DNA of 64,000 bases from Eledone cirrhosa (taxonomy: Eukaryota): NCBI GenBank assembly GCA_964016885.1, contig OZ024743.1:21886001-21950000 (forward strand). The letters run 5' to 3'. Within the stretch, counting starts at the first letter, position 1. Each line of letters starts with the position of its first letter. Under the pieces are notes generated by a model, which was not told where the DNA came from, ran no database searches, and was given only the letters and a program-made list of their open reading frames with translations. Positions 20,621-33,848 of the stretch are shown here, piece by piece. Both the position numbers and the translations under genes were made by a program.

Positions 20621-21023
20621 CATTAGACAGATGGTCGCGGTGACAGAATTGTTAAAATGTCGAAATAAATGCTTCGAATATTTCTTCTAGAATTTTACGT
20701 TCTGTTCGAATCCCACCGAGATCCACTTTGCCTCTCAATCTGCCGCAGTCGATAAAATAAAGTACCTATCAAGTACTAGTGGCAATTTAATCGACTTCTA
20801 CCCTTATCCGTTGTGCCTAAATTAGAAACCATGGTCGTATTAGATAGATCCCCTTCGTACAAACATATGCATATCTATACATACTAATTGGGCCTCCGAT
20901 AATAATTGGGTCTCCGAGAATAATTTTGCAAGGTAGAAAAAGACTTCTTTCGGACCAATGTGCAAAGTTCCTTCCCAAATCCAAAAGAATTGAGAGTTAC
21001 TTTTGCTCTCCAGGTCCTGCCTA

Positions 21024-21496
21024 TCTAAACTATAATAAAGGGAGGAGCGCGGGACTGCGTACGGTTTATAATTTGTTATCCCATTAGTAAAATAAGTTGG
21101 ATTACTTTGAATAAATAATGAATGAATATTACATAATTTATCTACTAAATTTCGTGGCTATTGATTAAATATATTTTGTTTATTTAAAGATTCACTTCTT
21201 TAAAATTTAAGAAATGTCAACACTTCCGGTTGGCGATCGCTTAAATAAACATACTAATTTTCTGTCACTAATTTTCTCCTAATGCAGTTTATATATAATA
21301 TCGTCTTTATTTAATGTATCATGGATTACGTTACATAAGACAGTGTAACGCAGTCTTCGTTCAACTTCTGTGTATATTGTCAATTACGATTTTATTTGAT
21401 GTATCATATCTACATGTATATATACTTGCGTATAATATCAATATACACACTACACATGCTAGCAGAAAACCATTCGAAGGGTAGTTTTTCTGCTTG
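21024..21496 (+). mobile_element. Non-autonomous Helitron-like element (family H1)
   Basis: A|TC start (TCTAAACTATAATAAAG) and a 3' hairpin ending CTTG|T (degenerate CTAG). Inverted copy at 30363-30893. Confidence 0.7.
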
Positions 21497-21800
21497 TCAT
21501 TTATAACGTAGAATTATGTTTTCTGTAATTTGGAATTTTTCTTTTCCCAAATAGTAATACGCACTCTCATCGGCACTGAAATATATAAGCACTTATTTGA
21601 AACTTAAAGCAATAGAAACACACTACATGGGAAGATTGTAGTGATTATTTTTCATTTCCCAACTAACTAATTATGAGGTTTAATTAATTGTATAAGTCTT
21701 TCGTCACGCTCCTATGACATGTTCACTGATCTCGTCACATTTGGTTAATTTTTGTATAAATATATCTATAAGCATATGTACGCATATATTTGAATGTACA

Positions 21801-21900
<100 letters not shown>

Positions 21901-21959
21901 GACACACCTATATATACATATATATATGTATATATATATATATATATATAATGATAATA

Positions 21960-22895
21960 ATAATTGTTTCTACTTTTGGCACAAGGCCAGCAATTATCCC
22001 AGTGTATTACTGGTACTATATTTTATCGACCCCGTAACGATGAAAGGTAAAGTTAACCTCGGTGGGAGTAATAACAATAGGTTAGGTTTGTGACACAGTG
22101 AAAATTGCGGCAGGAGAAGTATTGCCACAAAAGCCCCTACAACAACGAAAATAGAAACAGGTTAAAGACTTTGCCTTTCATCCTTACGAGGTCGATAAAA
22201 TAAAGTACCAGTAATGGACGGGTTAATTGCTGGCCTTGTGCCAAAAAGTAGAAACAATTATATAAATATCTTCGATTGGTTTCTGGGAACCCCGAGAGCT
22301 ACACTCCAAGTTGCGCAATATGCAAGTCAGTAATGTACCCTAAGATGGAACGAGGATATCCCTTTCTCTACAGGCGTTTCGTTCCGTATTCCATGAGCGC
22401 GGCTTAGTAACTCCACTGCCAGTTACTGTAGCAGTAGCTTTGGCAGCAGGGTCACGTGTTCTTTCTCAAGAAAAGCGGAAGATTCACATCCGGGCTTTGG
22501 CGAGCAAATTCAAAAGTGTGAACAAAGGAATCTATTCCCAGCCTCCGAGGTAAGCTCTCAACTAGGTTATCAAACAAACAATAAATAATTAATCAATCAA
22601 TTAATTATAATAATAAATTATAAAGGCTAGGTGAAAATAATAATAATAATGATAATAATAATAATAATAATTATTATTATTATTTCTACTTTTGGCCCAA
22701 GACCGGCAATTTTTCCAGTGCATTACTGGTACTTTATTTTATCGACCTCGTAAGGATGAAAGGCAAAGTTAACCTCGGCGGGATTTAACTCAGACCATAA
22801 AGGGCCGTAACTCTTTGCTGCACAGCATGGTGCCCGACCCTCTACCGGTACTGCCAATCCACCTTTTGGCACAAGGCCAGCAATTATTCCAGTAC
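21960..22895. mobile_element. Cluster of family B SINE fragments in both orientations
   Basis: Copies at about 21960-22065 (-), 22168-22260 (+) and 22680-22895 (-). Confidence 0.75.
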
Positions 22896-23496
22896 ATTAC
22901 TAATAATAATAATAATAAGAAGAAGAAGAAGAAGAGAGTAAAATCGAAGTTGCAGTTGAGATTAGCATTTTTGGAAATCAATCTTCAAAAGCTGGCACGA
23001 AGCACTCAATGAGATGATATCGATAAATCGATAAATTATAGCTCAGAGTAATTATATATATATTCATTGAAGTTGGTGGTTCACCATTGGACAGGACTGA
23101 TCATTCCGTAGAGTTAATCGCGATGCGATAGTATAAAAAGCACCCAACGGAGCGCAACACAATCATCTTTGGTGTAAAATTCTGTTGGTACTGCGTGAAC
23201 GGAGTTAAATATTATTGAATAAAGTGACAGGAGGCCGGATATTTGGAATTCCTTTAAAGTTTTTATTTTTGCAGACACTATATATATTTCAATGGCCAGC
23301 ATCGAGCTAATCATGAATTTTCGAATGTGTGTTAGCTTAAAGTTAGCTGCTTCAACATCGATTTTTTACTATGAAAAATGGTTGAACGAGTTGGGGGTAT
23401 AAGCCCCAGAGACGGAAATAATTGAATAGCACCTCCTGTATGTAATTATATATATATATATATGTGTGTGTGTGTAAAATTTAATATAGAAATGGC

Positions 23497-23541
23497 TTCT
23501 ACAGGTCTAGATCTGTTTCATTCGAAGGAAATCATCAGAAT
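23497..23541 (-). ncRNA. Degenerate hammerhead ribozyme relic
   Basis: Minus strand CTGATGA-tTTCcttcGAAt-GAAA-CAGatctagacCTG-TA. Stem III is near-palindromic, but stem I is poorly paired. Confidence 0.45.
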
Positions 23542-23654
23542 ATTTATGTGCGGGTGTAGTGAAAGTCGTTTATTATGATCATATATGTATAATGTTATTA
23601 AGCTGTTATTGTTATCAAAATTAGTGGGTCTCAAACACGCTCAAAAAAGGAACG

Positions 23655-23822
23655 ATCGTCTTTCGTCAAATCGGATTGAGGAAACAATGTTTTCATTGGT
23701 CTTTCCAATTGCTAATACTATCTATCGGTCGCAACTCCAGGTAGAAAGAACAACGTGAATCGAACTCACAACCTCACGACTGCGAATCCGATTCTCTAAC
23801 CACTCAGCCACACGCCTTCACA
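23655..23822 (-). mobile_element. tRNA-derived SINE family C
   Basis: A box TGGCTGAGTGG and B box GTTCGATTC on the minus strand. Similar copies at 52620-52750 and 58605-58818. Confidence 0.75.
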
Positions 23823-24047
23823 TGCTCAAAATATTGTTCTATCATCTGCTTAATGTTATCAGCCAGTTATTTTCATCTAAAGTGTTCTATCAAAAGTGAT
23901 CTTAATAAGCGGCTTTCATTGAATTAAAGGCTTTTGAAATAATTACACAGTTCATGTTGCCGATTTTTTTGAAATTGTTCGTTTGAATAATTGGCAACAT
24001 GTAATTCGAAGTAATAGTATAATATATTATGCAAGCATTCACCCACG

Positions 24048-24469
24048 TCTCTCTCTCTCTCTCGCTCTCTCTGTCTCTCTCACATATACAAACACTCTCT
24101 CTCTTTCTCTCTCTCATACATACACACATACACTGTTGCTCTCTCTCTCACACACACACACTATCTCTCTCTTTCTCTATCTCTCTCACACATACACTAT
24201 CTCTCTCTTTCTCTATCTCTCTCACACATACATACACACACACACATATACTCTCTCTCTCTCTTACATACACACACACACGCACTCTCTCTCTCTTTCT
24301 CTCTTACACACACATGCACACACACACACACTCTCTTTCTTTATCTCACACATACACTCTCTCTCTCACACACACATACACACACTATCTTTCTCTTTCT
24401 CTCACTCACACTCACACACACACACACTCTCTCCCTCTCTCTCACATACACATACACACACTGTCTCTC

Positions 24470-24511
<42 letters not shown>

Positions 24512-24588
24512 ACACATACATACACACACTCTCTCTCTCACACACACACACACATACACACACACTCTCTCACTCTCTCACACACACA

Positions 24589-24636
<48 letters not shown>

Positions 24637-24643
24637 TACACTC
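24048..24643. repeat. (CT)n/(CA)n compound microsatellite
   Basis: Directly visible. Confidence 0.95.
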
Positions 24644-25309
24644 ATAAATGGCAGATTCGTTAGAGCGGCGGTGTTTCTTTACGACTCTCTATGTTCTGAG
24701 TTCAAATCCCGCTGCAGTCAACTTTGCCTTCCGTCGTTCCGAGTTCGAAAAATAAATCACCAGTTCTATACTGATGATTTAGGGTAAATCCCACCGCCAT
24801 ATTCGTGTAGAAGGGAAACGTAACAGGTCTACCTTTGTCTGATAGCTATAGTGACAGGCAGGGCCTCTAAGAGAAGTTTTGCAAGGCGGTACAAGACCCC
24901 TTTGGGGGCCGAAGCAGGCAAAGATTTTTCTCAAAATGAATGTTGCATGGTTGCTGTGGGATCTTCTTAGCTTTTTGACTCCGGAATAAAGTACCGGCTG
25001 CTCCACCTCTCATAGGCTCTTGTGACAGAAGATGTATAGTGGTCATGTCTAAAAGGTTTGAGGACAGGAATCATCCGCTTTGGTCAAGTCCTCATCAACT
25101 TCTTCAAATACCACCTGAGGAAGAAGGTGAGGGTAGAGAGGGAAGTGTTACTTTCTAGTATGCTTTATTAAAGATGGGTGAGAGCAGCTAGATTGACAAG
25201 GATTTAAATACGCTTTTCTAAGTAGGGAGAAAAGAAACCAGGCTTGGGCATTTTCAATGCCGGTGTGATGAGAGTAACCAGCGATTTCCATTGAAATTAC
25301 TATTAAGGA

Positions 25310-26860
25310 TCAAATTAGAGTTGACGTTTAGAGCGTCGGATAAACGCGTAGAAGTATTTGTTCAGGCTCTTTAAGTTCTGACTTCAATTTCCGCTGAGGT
25401 CAACTTTGCCTGTCATCCTTTCCAGGTTGATAAAATAAAGTATCAGTTAGTTACTGGGCTCGATATAATCGACTTTTCCCTTCCCCCAAATGTCTGGCCT
25501 TGTGCCTAAATTGGAAACAATTATTTATTACCATAAGATGGCGGTGGATTGGCAGTATCGGTAGAGCGTCGGACAACTTACTTTGCAGCATTTAGTTACG
25601 TCCCTTTACATTCTGAGTTCAAATCCCTATATCTCGATAAAATAAAATACCAGTAATGCACTGTGGTCAATTTAATCGACTTGCCCCTCTCCGCAAAATT
25701 GTTAGCCTAAGTCAGAAACCATTATTACAACAAGGTGTTTAGCAGAGTAGTTAGCAGTACTTGTTCGGGTTGAGATCTGGCGGTGGTCAATTCACCTTTT
25801 ATCTTTCCAGGCTCCATTAAGTACCAGTAATGCACTGAGATCTACTGTCCCCTCCCCCAAAATCGCTTACATTTTGCGTAAAGTGAAAACCATTGCAGTA
25901 TTGGTAGAGGGCCGGACGCCATGCTTTGCAGCAAAGAGTTACGGCCCTTTATGATCTGAGTTCAAATCCCGCCGAGGTTAACTTTGCCTTTCATCCTTAC
26001 GGGGTCGATAAAATAAAGTACCAGTAATGCACTGGGTAATTGCTGGTCTTGTGCCAAAAGTAGAAATAATTATTATTACCACAGGGTGCTTGGTGGCAGT
26101 ATCAGAGCGTCGGACACTCTTGTTCGTAGCATAGAGTTACGGCCCTTTACATTCTGATTTCAAATCCTGCCGAGGTTAGCTTTGCTTTTCTTCCGTACGG
26201 GGTCGATAAATAAAGGACCAGTAATACACTGGTGTCGATTTAATCGATTTTCCACCCCCCCAAAATTGCTGGCCTTGTGCCTAAAGTAGAAATCCTTGTT
26301 ATTACCACAGCGTGGTGAGCTGGCAGAATCATTAAAGTGTCTAAGAAATACGTAGCAGTAATTATTCCAGTAATAGTTCCGGTTCTTTACGTTCTAAGTT
26401 CAAATCAACTTTGCCTTTCACCTTTCCAAAGTCGATAAAATAAAGTACCAGTAAAGAAGGTCAATATAATCGACTTCTCCAGTCCCTTGTACTTAAATTA
26501 CAAATCATTGTAATTTATAGTTCTTATTGTTTTATCTATTTTCCTTTTGTTGATTCCCCCACTCTCGCTTTACTTGATGTCATTCTTTTCGTCAATGTAT
26601 TGTCCCCAATGTTGTGTGCGCTTGTGGCAAAGTAATCTTTGTTATCATCTTTCATGAATGCGTCGGACACTATGCTTTGTGGCATAGAGTTATGGCTCTT
26701 TACGTTCTGAGTTGAAATCTCGCCGAGGTTATCTTTGCCTTTCATTCTTACGGGGTCGATAAAATAAAGCACCGGTAATACACTGGGGTCGATTTAATTG
26801 ACTTTTTCCCCTCTCCCCAAATTGCTGGCCTTGTGCTTATAATAGAAATCATTATCTTTC
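25310..26860 (+). mobile_element. Head-to-tail array of about 7 family B SINE copies
   Basis: Repeated A box (TGGCAGAATCGG-like), B box (GTTCAAATCC) and GATAAAATAAAGTACCAGT about every 190-230 bp. Confidence 0.8.
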
Positions 26861-27544
26861 ACGAATGCAATCTCAAAGCAGTGTCTAGCCAAAAAATCCG
26901 ATTAGTTTGCAGCTATGTGTATGTATTTATGTGAGAGAGTCTGTTTTTTGTTTGATTGTACATGTGTATGTATGTGCGGGTGTATGTACTTTCTTAGACG
27001 GTGTCAGTCTTTATTGTGTGAATGTGCGTGTGTGTGTGGGTGTGTGTGCATGCGTGTGTGTGTCTGTGTCTGTATGTGTGTGTGTGCGTTGTCCGATAAC
27101 TGAAGCAACAGTTGAGTTATTTCAACCTTTTACATTATGAACAACTCACATGTCTTGAATTTCTACGTAGAGACCTCGTTGACACGAGAAATAAATAATT
27201 AAATAAAGAAAGAAATATATAAGACAGATTTCCTGTCAAAAAAATGAGTCAGTTAAATACGCAGTTAGAGAAATTTTCTAAGAATTTGCTGAGTTTCTAT
27301 CTTATTATGACTAACATACTACAACTAAGTCCGTTTTTGAACAAAATACTTTCGTACGTTAAACTGACGTTTGAAGCTTGTGTAATAATATTGAATGGTC
27401 AACCTTCTAAAGGCGTAAAAACATAAATGAATTTTCGATAATCCTTAATACAACATAGTAATCTTAGGTTTGTGTATGAGGCTTTCCCTGGAAAAAGGAC
27501 GTGTCCACCTATTGAGGGATTTTTCCTAGTTGACTTTTATTATA

Positions 27545-28115
27545 ATGAGTTCAAATCACGCCGAGGTTAACTTTGCCTTTCATCCTTACGGGGTCGATAA
27601 AATAAAGTACCAGTAATACACTGTGATAATTGCTTGCCTTGTGCAAAATGTAGAAACAGTTATAATGGTGGTGGATTGGTAGAATCAGTAGGGCGTCGGA
27701 CACCATGCTCATCGCATAGTTACATCCCTTTATTTTCTGCGTTCAAATCCCGCCGAAGTCATTTTTGCCTTTCATACTTCTAAAGTCAATAAAATAAAGT
27801 ACCAGTAAAGAACTAGGGTAGATATAATCGACTTTCCCCTCCCCACAAATTCTTGATCTTGTGCTTAAACTACAATTCATTATTATTTGTTGTTGTTAGG
27901 GCGGTGAACTGACAGAATCGGTAGAGCATCGGACAAAATGCTTTGCTGTACCTAGTTATGGCTTTTTACGTTCTGAGTTCAAATCCCGCCGAGGTTAGTT
28001 TTGCCTTTCATCCTTGCGGGGTCGATAAAATAAGGCACCATTAATGCACTGGGCTCGATTTAATCGACTTTCCCCATCAAATTGCTGGCCTTGTGCCTAA
28101 AGTGGAAACAATTAT
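27545..28115 (+). mobile_element. Head-to-tail array of 3 family B SINE copies
   Basis: Same motifs as above. The following spacer (28145-28305) is homologous to 26540-26640 and 26865-26895. Confidence 0.8.
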
Positions 28116-28418
28116 TGTTTATTATTGTTATTCTTATATATAATGTCCTTTTGTTGATTCGCCCTCCTTTTACGCGATGTAAATCCTACTTTGTCCTTCT
28201 TTTTTGTATAAATTTTTTCCCCATATTGTGTGTGCTTGTGACCAATAAAAGAAATCTTTATTATTGCTAATGGAAGCAATCTCAAAGTACTATCTAGCAA
28301 AAAAAAACAAAAAAACAATTTACATTACCTATATAAATAAGTATAGTTTATGTATTACACTCACGCACACACGTACGCTCGCACGCACGTACACACACAC
28401 ACACACACACACACACAT

Positions 28419-28478
<60 letters not shown>

Positions 28479-28519
28479 AAATAAATAAGTCAAATGTTTA
28501 AAATTTGGCTTCGTTTATT

Positions 28520-28574
28520 ACTGCTATATATATTTCGGTGACAGCCATCTTTGGCTGTGACCTCTACAGGCAGT
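28520..28574 (-). ncRNA. Type I hammerhead ribozyme, A6U core variant (left arm)
   Basis: Exact reverse complement of 28797-28851. Confidence 0.7.
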
Positions 28575-28796
28575 CCGAATTAGTGTGGTAGAGACGAGTA
28601 CACATGTTGTTGAGGTGTATAACTTTCTCAATACTCTGATATTCCCAGTTCCTGGTTGGGTTGTTATTTCACTGAGGAAATATGATTCCAGTTCCTCAGT
28701 GAAATAACAACCCAACCAGGAACTGGGCATATCAGAGTATTGAGAAAGTTAAACACCTCAACAACATGTGTACTCGTCTCTACCACACTAATTCGG

Positions 28797-28851
28797 ACTG
28801 CCTGTAGAGGTCACAGCCAAAGATGGCTGTCACCGAAATATATATAGCAGT
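28797..28851 (+). ncRNA. Type I hammerhead ribozyme, A6U core variant (right arm)
   Basis: ACTGC-CTGTAGA-GGTcACAGCCAaagaTGGCTGTcACC-GAAA-TATATA-TA-GCAGT: all three stems pair, and stem III is palindromic. Confidence 0.7.
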
Positions 28852-29021
28852 AATAAACGAAGCCAAATTTTAAACATTTGACTTATTTATTTTATTTTAC
28901 ATTACTCCTGAGTAACCAAACCAACCTGCGCACTTCGTCGAGTGCTCCAATCTGCATACCTAGGTGTTGGTATACAACCAACATATACTCAAAATTTATA
29001 TATATATATATATAATATATA

Positions 29022-29054
<33 letters not shown>

Positions 29055-29057
29055 TTA

Positions 29058-29440
29058 TGGTATCAGCAGAAAAATGCACAGACGAACACTACGAGAACAC
29101 CTATCGAGAAAGCGACCTAGACGACAACAACAGTCAATGCACGCTGCCCCGTTTGTGACAGTGAACATGTGTAATATACCGAATTCAATGCAACAAATGT
29201 AGGGAGTTTTACATTGGTAATACCATTAGTTCTCTTCATACTCGCATTAAAAAAAACAACTCAATACCCAAGCGTTTTCCTTCAGGAAGCACTTAAATAA
29301 ATGCGTAAACAACAACAAAGACACAACAGCTACTATGGAAGCCATGGAGAAGAACTTAGCAACCTCACAATCAAAGCAGGAATACTAATAGCTAGGCTTT
29401 ACCCACAACCCACTACAGATTAGAACTCTGCACGCAATTT
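29058..29440 (+). pseudogene. Penelope-like GIY-YIG endonuclease relic
   Basis: VIYRIQCNKCREFYIGNTISSLHTRIKK (VIY..CxxC..YIG.T...L..R), upstream CPVC and downstream LTIKAGILIARLLPT. Frameshifted, and starts next to (TA)n. Confidence 0.7.
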
Positions 29441-30362
29441 AACCATAAAGGCGCACACACATAACTTCTGACAATAATGCACACATGCATAATAGCCAAC
29501 TCTAATAGACAATTACAACTAGACACACAACGATTGACATATACACGTACAGAAACACATTCCAAAACCATAATTCATTTCAGAATAGCTTAATTATCCA
29601 ATCTATTGCAATTTGACAACGCTTGCATCGAAAAAATTGACCTAAAAAACACAAACAGAATCACACAATGATTGACAGGAACATGCACACACGTATACAC
29701 AACATTATACACGCCAGTCCACAGACGATATCCCTCTCCCATCTCTTCCGGCAGCTATAGGTAGACAACTGCTTAAAAACAAAGGAAGAAAAATGGCGAT
29801 CTGATAACAACAAAAGCGTGAACTTTGAGCCAGTTTCTTATTATAGTCTTCTGACGAAGGATTTTTCGACACAAAATATTAGGACATGTAAATGAATTAA
29901 CAGGAGGCACACCAACATCTTCGTTGCCTTCGATTTATTACAAAATCTACTGTCCATTTTGCAATGCCGTAGCCTTTACATAACATATTGCATTATATAT
30001 CCGGTTTTTCGTGAAACTGGCGCCGGTTTTTTCTTTGGTCTTTTACCGACTGACCCGACCATCAATTGTTTAATGTTGGTTGTATCAATTTTTGTTGATG
30101 ACAAGTAATTTGCGGGACATATCAATAACTTTTATGCCGTTATTGGATAATCTGACGATCGTTAAGTCGCTGATCATATTGAATATTGTTGATTCCTCTG
30201 ACGAATTCGCTCATATTTTGCCATTTCATTACTTAATTCCACATCTGTTTAATCTCAGGTAGCATTGTGTAAGACAGTGCCTGGCACAATGTAGCAGTAC
30301 CATATACTGTGTGAAGCACCTCGTGGTATTGTGATTTCCTCAACTTAGCAATATTATATACA

Positions 30363-30886
30363 CTAGCAGAAAACCACCCTACGGGTGGTTTTCTGCTAGC
30401 ATGTGTAGTGTGTATATTAATATTATACGCAAGTACATATACATGTAGATATGATACATCAAATAAAATCGTAATTGACAATATACACAAAAATTGAACG
30501 AAGACTACGTTACACTCTCTTATATAATCAGTAACGTAATCCACGATACTTTAAAAAAGACGATATTATATATAAACTGCATTAGGAGAAAATTAGTGAC
30601 AAAAAATTAGTATGTTTATTTAAGCGATCGCCACCGGAAGTGTTGACATCACACTCTCTCTTTCTATATATATGGTAGTTGAAGTGGTGGTGGTGGTGGT
30701 GGCAACGATATACCGGAAGTGCAACTTTGAAAAAAAGTCAATTTTAAATGATTTATTTTTACGAAATTATTTTTGTTTACGAAATTATGTAATATTCATT
30801 CATTATTTATTCAAAGTAATCCAACTTATTTTACTAACGGGATAAAAAAAATAAACCGTACGCAGTCCCGCAGACTTTCCTTTATT

Positions 30887-30893
<7 letters not shown>
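30363..30893 (-). mobile_element. Helitron-like family H1, inverted copy
   Basis: Reverse complement of 21024-21496. Terminal CTAG|T with a perfect 17-bp hairpin at 30363-30399. Confidence 0.75.
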
Positions 30894-30959
<66 letters not shown>

Positions 30960-31010
30960 TAATAAAATAATGAATAAACAAAGAAACAGTTCCTTATATT
31001 AAAAAAAATT

Positions 31011-31152
31011 TCATCATTTTACGATCGTTTCTAGGATATATATGTGTTAGAGTTGGTATGCATATTCTATAGATCTATGTACAATATTTATACAAACTAT
31101 CAGAGGGAATATACATACCTACACATATATATGCTGTCTTCAGAAATAATGA
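31011..31152 (-). ncRNA. Candidate hammerhead with 105-nt stem II domain
   Basis: TCATTATTT-CTGAAGA-[105 nt]-GAAA-CGATCG-TA-AAATGATGA: 9-bp stem I (one G-U), palindromic stem III, GUA triplet. Confidence 0.6.
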
Positions 31153-31780
31153 TATTTGTTTATTAAAAAAAACAAAGATTCAATACAATAGGTCTGTTTG
31201 GGAACAGGTTTTGAATTGACCAATAGAGAGATAGTGAGGGTCAAGATAGTAATATAGTAGTAGAATAACCTTAAATTATGGTAGAGGAAGGTAGATTTCA
31301 GTTTGGATGAAAAGAATATTATGAATGAAGGATTATTTTAGGGAAGAAAATAGGTCGTATGCTGACCTCAGAAATAATTTTATTTGTTCATTGAATAAAA
31401 CCAACAAAGATCTAATATATTCTGTCTGTTTGGTAAAAGGTTTAGAATTAACCAATAGAAAGTTAATAATTGGCCAAATGTAAAATAGTAGTAATTGAAG
31501 CTTATTTTAGGGGTGAAGATAGGTCAGGTGGTCAGTAAAAGGTATACAAGCAGTTGCTGTTATAAAATAGTAATGTCAATGCAAATATCTAAGGAGACTA
31601 AAGTTTTACGATAAGAGTGTTAGTGAAAAAAATACATCTATGAAAAGAATATAAATTAAATTAATTGATGGGTATATTTGTAGTGATAAAATTATACTAA
31701 TACATATAGATATGATAAATAAGAGTTAGATGCAGTTGAAAAGTGGTGTTAAAGATGAGGGGAAATTAAAAGAATATAAA

Positions 31781-31860
<80 letters not shown>

Positions 31861-31885
31861 TACATATACACACACACACATACAC

Positions 31886-31986
<101 letters not shown>

Positions 31987-32292
31987 CATATACATGCAAA
32001 TATACATACATACATATATATATACACACACATACACATTTACATATACATATAATTATTGGGTGGGGGGATTAAATTTATTAGTGAGAAATAATAAATA
32101 TATATAGATTTCAAGGAACACAGAGTCATAACCTGAAGTTAAAGCATTATATATGTTTACTTAATGGTATCAGTTTTAGGAAATGATAGTTGTAAGAAGG
32201 AAAGCAAAATTATGTAGTTCATCAGTAGTAGAATATTAATTATAGGTTAACTAAATTAAAAACAGTTTATATATTAATTTCTAAAGAGTATG

Positions 32293-32830
32293 TTAATTAG
32301 GTTTATAATATTTAAAGGTTTTTCTCAGTTTATGATTACACGATATTATTAATTCCTGTCGCTTATTTAATAGGATATCCTTAGATTTCATTATTTCAAA
32401 AAGTTCTTGGGAACATAATCTACATTCATATCTACTATTTTGATAAGGGGTGGCCCTTTTGAGCACACTCCAGGTCAGGTCATAATCTATATCCTCTTTC
32501 TATAACTATTAATTATTTCAGCTAGAGATGTTGTATTAGCTAGTGCGGCATTTTTAAAACTATGTTTGTGGTTATTAAATCTTACCTTAAATTTGTTAGA
32601 GGTAGCTCCTATATATGAATAAATTGAGTCCTTAGTGTTAACTTTACATTTATATACTATGTTATTAACAAGGCAATTTCCTTTTAATGGACAGTTTGCC
32701 TTGTTTCTACAGTTACAACTTTTCGTGAATCCTGTATCTGAGGAGATATTATGGTTAGTTTGATGTACTGGTGTATACTCATGGTTTTTTTACATTTATA
32801 TACATTATAGGCACTTATATTTTGTTTTAT
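32293..32830 (-). pseudogene. Penelope-like GIY-YIG endonuclease, frameshifted
   Basis: CNCRNKANCPLKGNCLVNNIVYKC..YIGATSNKFKVRFNNHKHSF..CRLCSQE..LLNKRQELIISCNH. 1-bp deletions near 32495 and 32773 relative to the copy at 62641. Confidence 0.85.
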
Positions 32831-32974
32831 AAAACAAAATATAAGTGCCTATAATGCATATAAATGTAAAAAAACCATGAGTATACCACCAGTACATCAA
32901 ACTTGATATTCATTTCAATAAACTTTCCAGTTAAATAACATCAATGACTGAGACTCAAAGAACAATAATAATAA

Positions 32975-33190
32975 TAATGGTTTCTTATATAGGCACAAGG
33001 CCAGTAATTTGGGAGGAGGGGAAAGTCGATTAAATCGATCCCTGTGCGTGACTGGTACTTTATTTTACCGACCTCCTAAGGATGAAAGGCAAAGTTAACC
33101 TCAGCGGGATTTAAACTCAGATCATAAGGGCCGTAATTCTATGCTGCAAAGCATGGTGTCCGACCCTCTACCGATACTTCCAATTCACTG
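32975..33190 (-). mobile_element. Family B SINE
   Basis: Same core and B box on the minus strand. Confidence 0.8.
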
Positions 33191-33199
33191 AGGTTAACG

Positions 33200-33365
33200 G
33201 GACTAGCATAAGGCTTCCCTGCTAGTACCGGTTGCATCTCAGCGTACTTAATACGTAAAGTTATGTAAAAATCCCAGAGTAGACACAAAGTTATTTGTCT
33301 CGATACAACACACGTAAATAGGTACAAAATATTTTACCCGTACTCAAGTTTCTGCCACACTTAAT
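33200..33365. repeat. Dispersed repeat, second direct copy at 34952-35112
   Basis: ggactagcataag..ttccctgctagtaccggttgcatct...gccacacttaat occurs at both sites. Confidence 0.7.
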
Positions 33366-33603
33366 TCAGTAAGAGAGCGTATAGCATCCATTGTCTGAAA
33401 TTTATTATGCAATAATGTACAACCGGTGCATGTGGATTCATCAGAGGGTCTCGCCGCCTAATCAATAACCAATCGATCGGTAGGATTCGATTCAGTCTGT
33501 GTTGGCTATGGCAGTAAATGCAACAGGCGACACAGTAGTACAGTAGTAACTGAAATGCCCCCGTGTCATCAAAATACCGTCAACTTATTGTCTACTGATT
33601 CAG

Positions 33604-33848
<245 letters not shown>

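Larger units (their letters stand above)
28472..28998 (+). mobile_element. Fold-back element: 208-bp inverted arms plus about 100-bp tail, in (TA)n; Penelope-like inverted terminus
   Basis: Arms 28472-28679/28692-28899 with 2 mismatches seen and a 12-nt spacer. A hammerhead lies in each arm, and the tail carries CGAGTGCT at 28939-28946. Confidence 0.85.

Noticed and set aside
23983-24787. 226-252 aa SL/TH-rich ORFs, also RE-rich ORFs at 33656 and 38588
   Set aside because: (CT)n, (CA)n and (GA)n microsatellite translations.
25540-25630. tRNA-like A/B boxes as tRNA genes
   Set aside because: No cloverleaf, and always fused to the SINE core.
29845-30035. CTGACGA at 29851 and GAAACTGGCGCCGGTT at about 30014 as a hammerhead
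   Set aside because: No stem I complementarity, and the nearby GAAA is GACA; at best a decayed relic.
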